A stretch of 25,204 nucleotides of DNA, from positions 1 through 25,204 of the forward strand of contig JANLPS010000448.1 of assembly GCA_031367385.1 (NCBI GenBank). Direction: 5' to 3'. The position numbers were made by a program, and so were the translations under genes. Below, piece after piece: positions 20,327 through 25,204 of the stretch. This DNA comes from Archangium sp. (GTDB lineage: Bacteria > Myxococcota > Myxococcia > Myxococcales > Myxococcaceae). A model generated the notes under the pieces. It was not told the origin of the DNA and made no database searches. It saw only the letters and a list, made by a program, of their open reading frames with translations. How positions within the stretch are numbered: position 1 is the stretch's first letter; each line of letters begins with the position of its first letter.

Positions 20327-23300
20327 TCTGCGGCCTCCTGGTGCTCACCGATCGCCTTCGAGACGACCAGCTTGGGGTTCGGGTTGCGAATGCGGGTCAG
20401 GTACCGGTTGCGCGGGCGGGTACCGAGCTGCTGGAGCAGGTTGTAGGCGCGGCTGTCTTCGTGCGCCTTCGAGACCCGTGACTGCGGGTCGTTCAGGTTA
20501 CCGAACTCGATCGCCGAGGTCGGGCAGGCTTGCTGGCAGGCCGTCTTCACTTCGCCGTCTTGCAGGTGCTTGTCGGCGCGGCGCGAGGTGATGCGGGCCG
20601 ACTCGATGCGCTGAACGCAGAAGGTGCACTACTCCATCACGCCGCGGGCGCGAACGGTGACGTCGGGGTTCTGCGCGAGCTTCTGGGCCGAGGTGTATTC
20701 GCCGGTGTAGTTGAAATAGTTGAAGCGGCGCACCTTGTACGGGCAGTTGTTCGAGCAATACCGCGTGCCGATGCAGCGGTTGTAAATCATGTCGTTGAGG
20801 CCTTCTTCAGAATGCACCGTCGCATTCACCGGGCACACGTACTCGCAAGGCGCCGTCTCGCACTGCTGGCAGGTCACCATCTGGGTGATGACCGTCGGGT
20901 TCTCGAGGTCGCTCGAGAAGTAGCGGTCGATGCGCAGCCAGAACATCTCGCGGTTGCGCTTGACCCCATCGCGCCCAACCACGGGTATGTTGTTTTCTGA
21001 CTGACACGCGGTGATGCACGCGCTGCAGCCGGTGCAGCGGTTCAAGTCGACCGCCATGCCCCACTTGTATTCGACCTTCGAGTAGTCGACCGGGTTCTGC
21101 AGGGTGACCTGCATCTTGGCCTGGTCGGTGGTCAGCTTCGCGACCGGAGCGCGCAGCTCTTCGAGGTGCTCGTCGAGCGAGCCATCGGTCAGGTGCACCA
21201 GGTTCGCCTCGAGCGCGATGTCGCGCTTGTGCATGTCCCAGTGCTCTTGGGTGCAGCTGAGCTGCTGCATCTTGTCGGTCATCTCGACCGTGGCGTTCAT
21301 GAACCAGGGCGCGGTGCTGGTGCGCAGCGCATAGGCGTCGACGCCGATGGTCTTCGAGTCGTTGAGCGACTCTCCGTTGGCGACCTTCTCAGCCTTCGTG
21401 GCCCGGCCGTAGCCCAGCGCGAGGGTCATCGTGTCATCGGCGTGACCAGGCGCTATCCACAACGGCACTTCGAGGGTGCTGCCGCCGACCGTGAGCTTGA
21501 CCACGTGCGCGGTGAGCTCGGGGCGCGCCATCAGCGAGCGCATCTCGAGGCCGAACTTCTCTTTCGCGGTCTTCGGCGAGACCATCAGCTCGTTGTCCCA
21601 CACGATTTTGGTGATCGGGTCGGGCAGCTCTTGCAGCCAGGGCGAGTTGCCCAGCGCGCCGTCGTGCACCTTCGCGTCGCGAACCAGCGCGAGCTCGAGG
21701 CCGGTGATCGCCGCCGCCTGGGGCATCGCGAGCACCCGGTCGTAGGCCACTGCGGTATCGACCGGCGAGACCGGGTCGGCCATGAAGCCGAGCTGCAGCG
21801 CCTTCGAGAAATCACGCTCAGAAACCTGGTTCGTCTTGATGTGCAGACCACGCAGCAGCTCGAGGCCCTTCAGTTCTCCGCGGCCAGCCCACATGGCCAA
21901 GAACTGCGCTTCTGAGACGCCCTGGTAGAGCGGCTCGATCATCGGCTGCTGCAGCAACAGGCTGCCATCGGTGGCCTTCGCGTCGCCCCATGACTCGAGC
22001 GCGTGCGCGGCGTTGATGAAGTAGTGCGAGAGCGCAGCCGTCTCGTCTTCGTAGAGGCCGAGGTAGTAGCTGTTCTGAACCTTGGCCAACGCTCCGGCGA
22101 AGTCGACGTCGGCGTAGCGCGCGTAGACCGGGTTCTTGGCGGTGATGACCAGGGTGTCGACCGCGCCTGCGTTGATCTCGTCGACCAGGCCGCGCAAGGC
22201 TTCGGGGCCGGTGGCGGTGTCGTCGATGACCGGAGCGATCAGCGTGAAGGTCGTGCCCAGGCTGCCGAGCATCACGTTCATCGCATAGGCCAGCGCGTGC
22301 ACCGCGGGGCTCTGCCGCTCGCCAGCGACGATCAGCGCGTTCTTGCCTGCCGCACGCAGGTCTTCGACCAGCGCCGAGACGTACTTCTCCTGCTCGGGGC
22401 TGAGCGCCAAATCACCCGTGATGCCGCCCAGCTGGCCACCGAGCTGCTTGGCGACCGCTCGGGCGAACGCTTCGGTCTGTGAGCCACGCAGCCGCATGCG
22501 GTGGTCGGCCATGGTGCCGGTGACCGTGATCGCGGGCTCGACCACGTACAGGCGGCTCATGTTCGGGCCGGGCTTGCGGGCATCGGCCCACGCCAGCGAG
22601 TTGGCGAGGTTCGGGCCCCAGGCCAACAAGAAGTTCGAGTCGAGCGAGAGCACGACCTTGGCCTTCGAGAAGTCGTACACCGGGTCGAGGGCGAGGCCGA
22701 ACGCGGCGCGGGCGCCTTCGTGCCGGTTCTGCTGCGAGATGGGGGTGTAGCTGACGAACTTCGCGTCGGGCAGCTTGGCCTTGATCTCTTCGCGCAGGCT
22801 GGCCAGCAACGCAGACCCCGAGGGCTCGACCAGAAAGCGCACCTTCGCGCCCTTGTCTTTCGCGTCGGTGACGCGGGCGGTGATCATCTCGACCATCGGC
22901 TTCTTCGCCATGGTGCGGTTGCCGCGCTCTTTGATCAGCTTGGCGCGGTTGGGGTCGTACATCTGCAGCAGGTGCGCGAGCTCGAGCGAACCGATCTTGC
23001 CCGCGACCGCCGCGTGGTCAGGGTTGCCTTCGATCTTGATCGGGCGGCCTTCGCGGGCCTTGACCAACACGCTGGTGGCATAGCCGCCGTAGGTGAGCGC
23101 GGTGGCGTAGTGCAGCGGGTTGCCGACGGTCACGCCGTCTGGGTTCTTGTGGTACGGCACCATCACTTCCGTCGGCGGTCGGCTGCAGCCCGAGAGGCCA
23201 ACGCCGGCCAGCGCCATCGAGGCGCCGAGCAGCTTAGTGAAGTCGCGGCGGCCGACCGCGTCGAGCATCGTCGCTCCAGCGGGGAACTCGGCGTCAGCGC

Positions 23301-23481
23301 CAAAGACCGGGTCGATCGACGCGTCTCGGTTGAGCTTCTCTTCGACCGAGAGCCAGTAGTCGTTGTTGAACGGCGACTGCGTCTTCACGGCCTTCGACGG
23401 CACGACCGACGGCGCGTCTTGGTTCAAAACAGGGAGAGCGAACCCTTGCACGGAGGTCTCTGATTTCTGATTGGAGTTCAT
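20323..23481 (-). pseudogene. actB: Alternative complex III subunit ActB (Tat molybdopterin-like plus Fe-S domains), interrupted by one in-frame TAG at 20629-20631
   Basis: ATG 23481 overlaps the actA stop. YW.S.EE, Tat motif RRDF with a GC lipobox, EGRPIKIEGNPDH, WLQELPDPITK, and Fe-S motifs CTGCSAC..AC, CQQC..APC..VC and [11 protein letters not shown]. Then [13 protein letters not shown]...CQQACP in the same frame to a TGA overlapping the actC start. It would be 1052 aa if read through. Confidence 0.9.
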
Positions 23482-24230
23482 CGGTGGCACGTATCGCAGG
23501 CGACGCGCGGGTGAACGTTGAGGGTGCGAACGAGCTCGTCACCCATTTTTTCTCGCTCGGCCGCGACTTCTTGCAGCCCCGAAAGCGAGGCGACTTCTTC
23601 AACCGCGACGTGGTGGGCCACGCCGGCTTTGATCTTCTCTTCGATCAAGGTGGCCTTGGCGATCTCGTCGGCGTCCCAGGTCGTGTCGGTGACCTTGTCG
23701 AGCGGCCGCAGGTTGAGCTTCGGGTCGCGGTGGCAGTTGAGGCACCACTGCATGGTCAGCGGCATCGCCTGGCGAATCGCCGGCATCGTATCGACCCGGC
23801 CGTGGCAGCTGGTGCAGCCGACGCCTTTGTTCACGTGCGCCGAATGGTTGAAGTACACGAAGTCAGGCAAGTCGTGCACCTTGACCCACTCGATCGGCTT
23901 CTCTTGAAAAAAGGCCTGGCGCACCGGCTCGAGGCGGGGTGACTTGTTCCACACCTGGCTGTGGCAGCCGACGCAGATCGTGGTTGAGGGTATGCCTGCC
24001 GACGCGCTCGTCTCGACCGCCGTGTGGCAGTAGCGGCAGTCGATGCCTTGCTCCCAGCTGTGGTGACGGTGGTCGAACTGCACCGGTTGCGCGTACTCGA
24101 TCGACTGGTTCGTCACTGCCGGGGTGCGCGCCGTGTACCAAAGCGCTCCCACAGCGAGAGCGGGCACCATCAAGGTCAACGTGCCCATGACCTTTGAGAC
24201 CGTATTCGTCCAACGTGGGAAGAGAGCCAT
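23478..24230 (-). CDS. actA: Alternative complex III pentaheme cytochrome c ActA
   Basis: N-terminal TM helix, QPV.F.H.HH, five CxxCH motifs (CRYCH, CVGCH, CTSCH, CLNCH, CDTCH) and LPDFVYFNHSAH. Confidence 0.95.
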   Translation of the reverse strand: MALFPRWTNTVSKVMGTLTLMVPALAVGALWYTARTPAVTNQSIEYAQPVQFDHRHHSWEQGIDCRYCHTAVETSASAGIPSTTICVGCHSQVWNKSPRLEPVRQAFFQEKPIEWVKVHDLPDFVYFNHSAHVNKGVGCTSCHGRVDTMPAIRQAMPLTMQWCLNCHRDPKLNLRPLDKVTDTTWDADEIAKATLIEEKIKAGVAHHVAVEEVASLSGLQEVAAEREKMGDELVRTLNVHPRVACDTCHR

Positions 24231-24435
24231 CGCGAGTGCTCCATTGCGAAGAATTGTTGGGTTCGCAAGATTTCTCTGTGCGTGATGCCCGTCGAATTCA
24301 CTTGCTCGCTACTTCGAGGCGAAAGCGGCGTTCATGCAGTTTTTGCTTGATCTTGAGAATCAGTTGAACGGCTTCTCGCCGGCACGATGAAACTTTGTCG
24401 CACACGCGATCATTTGCGGCTTGGAGGGTTCACCC

Positions 24436-25110
24436 ATGCTTCGAATTTTCGTCGCCGCCGTCATCGCAACCAGCTGTGCTTCGACCACTTCGCCTTCAGT
24501 CGTGGCACCGGCGCCGGTCGTCGCGGCCGAACCCGAAGCGCACCATGAGGGCGGCGGTCATGATTGGAACGACACGTATCGCGAAGGTACTGGCTTCAAT
24601 CAGAAACCGAATGCGCTGTTGGCGTCGGTGGTGAAGTCGAGGCCGGCGGGCACGGCGCTCGACGTCGGCATGGGCCAGGGTCGCAACGCGGTGTTCATGG
24701 CCACGCAGGGCTGGGCGGTGACCGGCGTCGACACTGCTGACGAGGGCATTCGCATCGCCAAGGAGCACGCTGCGGCGGCGAAGGTGCCCTTGAACGCGAT
24801 CGTCGGTGACGCTGACGCTTTCGAGATGGGCACGGCCACGTACGACTTGATCGCGCTGATGTACGTCGGCGGGGCTGAGCTGTCAGACCGAATCAAGACC
24901 GCGCTCAAGCCCGGCGGCGTGGTGGTGGTGGAGTATTTTCACAAAGACATGGAAGCCCAGTTTCACCACCCGATGGGCGCGTTCGGCACCGGTGAGCTCG
25001 AGGGTTTGTTCTCTGGCTACAAAGTGTTGCGCAGTGAGGTGGTCGAAGACCTGGCCGACTTCGGCGAGAAGAAGGCGAAGCTGGTGCGGTTCGTGGCCCA
25101 GAAGCCGTAA
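24436..25110 (+). CDS. Class I SAM-dependent methyltransferase (TehB-like) with an N-terminal lipoprotein-like signal
   Basis: RBS GGAGG. MLRIFVAAVIATSC, then W...Y, PNALL, ALDVGMGQGRNA, VTGVD, YDLI and LKPGG. Confidence 0.85.
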   Translation: MLRIFVAAVIATSCASTTSPSVVAPAPVVAAEPEAHHEGGGHDWNDTYREGTGFNQKPNALLASVVKSRPAGTALDVGMGQGRNAVFMATQGWAVTGVDTADEGIRIAKEHAAAAKVPLNAIVGDADAFEMGTATYDLIALMYVGGAELSDRIKTALKPGGVVVVEYFHKDMEAQFHHPMGAFGTGELEGLFSGYKVLRSEVVEDLADFGEKKAKLVRFVAQKP

Positions 25111-25114
25111 CCGC

Positions 25115-25204
25115 TCAGTCTTGCCCCATCGCCGCGCCCTCGTTGCGCGGGTCTGAGCCGGCGGTGCGCAGACCAGTCACCGGGTCGACCATCACCGCCT
25201 CGGC
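25115..25204 (-). CDS. ggt: 3' end of gamma-glutamyltransferase (partial, continues beyond the window)
   Basis: Reads AEAVMVDPVTGLRTAGSDPRNEGAAMGQD*. SDPR..G.A.G is the typical GGT C-terminus. Confidence 0.7.
   Translation of the reverse strand, partial: AEAVMVDPVTGLRTAGSDPRNEGAAMGQD

Noticed and set aside
20565..20628. PYLIS/SECIS-like hairpins after the actB TAG (TGCGT-TCA-GCGCA; GTCGGC…GCCGAC)
   Set aside because: Short stems are expected by chance at this GC content. Selenocysteine uses TGA, not TAG.
24231..24435. FNR/Crp-like box upstream of actA (TTGAT…ATCAG)
   Set aside because: Half-site spacing is 7 nt rather than 4, and no convincing consensus site was found.

Overview
GC-rich bacterial window, most likely from a myxobacterium (Myxococcota); this is inferred from gene content and protein style, not from a marker gene. 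Positions 11.2-24.2 kb are a minus-strand respiratory operon: alternative complex III (actA-B-C-D-E-F-G), SCO, and an A2-type caa3 cytochrome c oxidase (subunits II, I, III, IV). The main anomaly is a single in-frame TAG in actB (20629-20631). It replaces the conserved Lys of RGVME[K]CTFCVQR, and the frame continues intact for 101 more codons that carry Fe-S cysteines. The left half holds an NFACT/RqcH-like gene, a lipoprotein mcl-PHA-depolymerase-like esterase, DoxX, a LigC-type DNA ligase, a TonB-C protein, a TetR plus alpha/beta-hydrolase pair, two PaaI thioesterases, and a serine hydrolase with a small Cys-lipoprotein. The right end holds a lipoprotein-signal SAM methyltransferase and the 3' end of ggt. 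Non-coding structure includes a 97-bp element with perfect 19-bp terminal inverted repeats (7939-8035), two inverted 19-bp operator-like boxes flanking tetR, and a nested hairpin/terminator after the oxidase genes.
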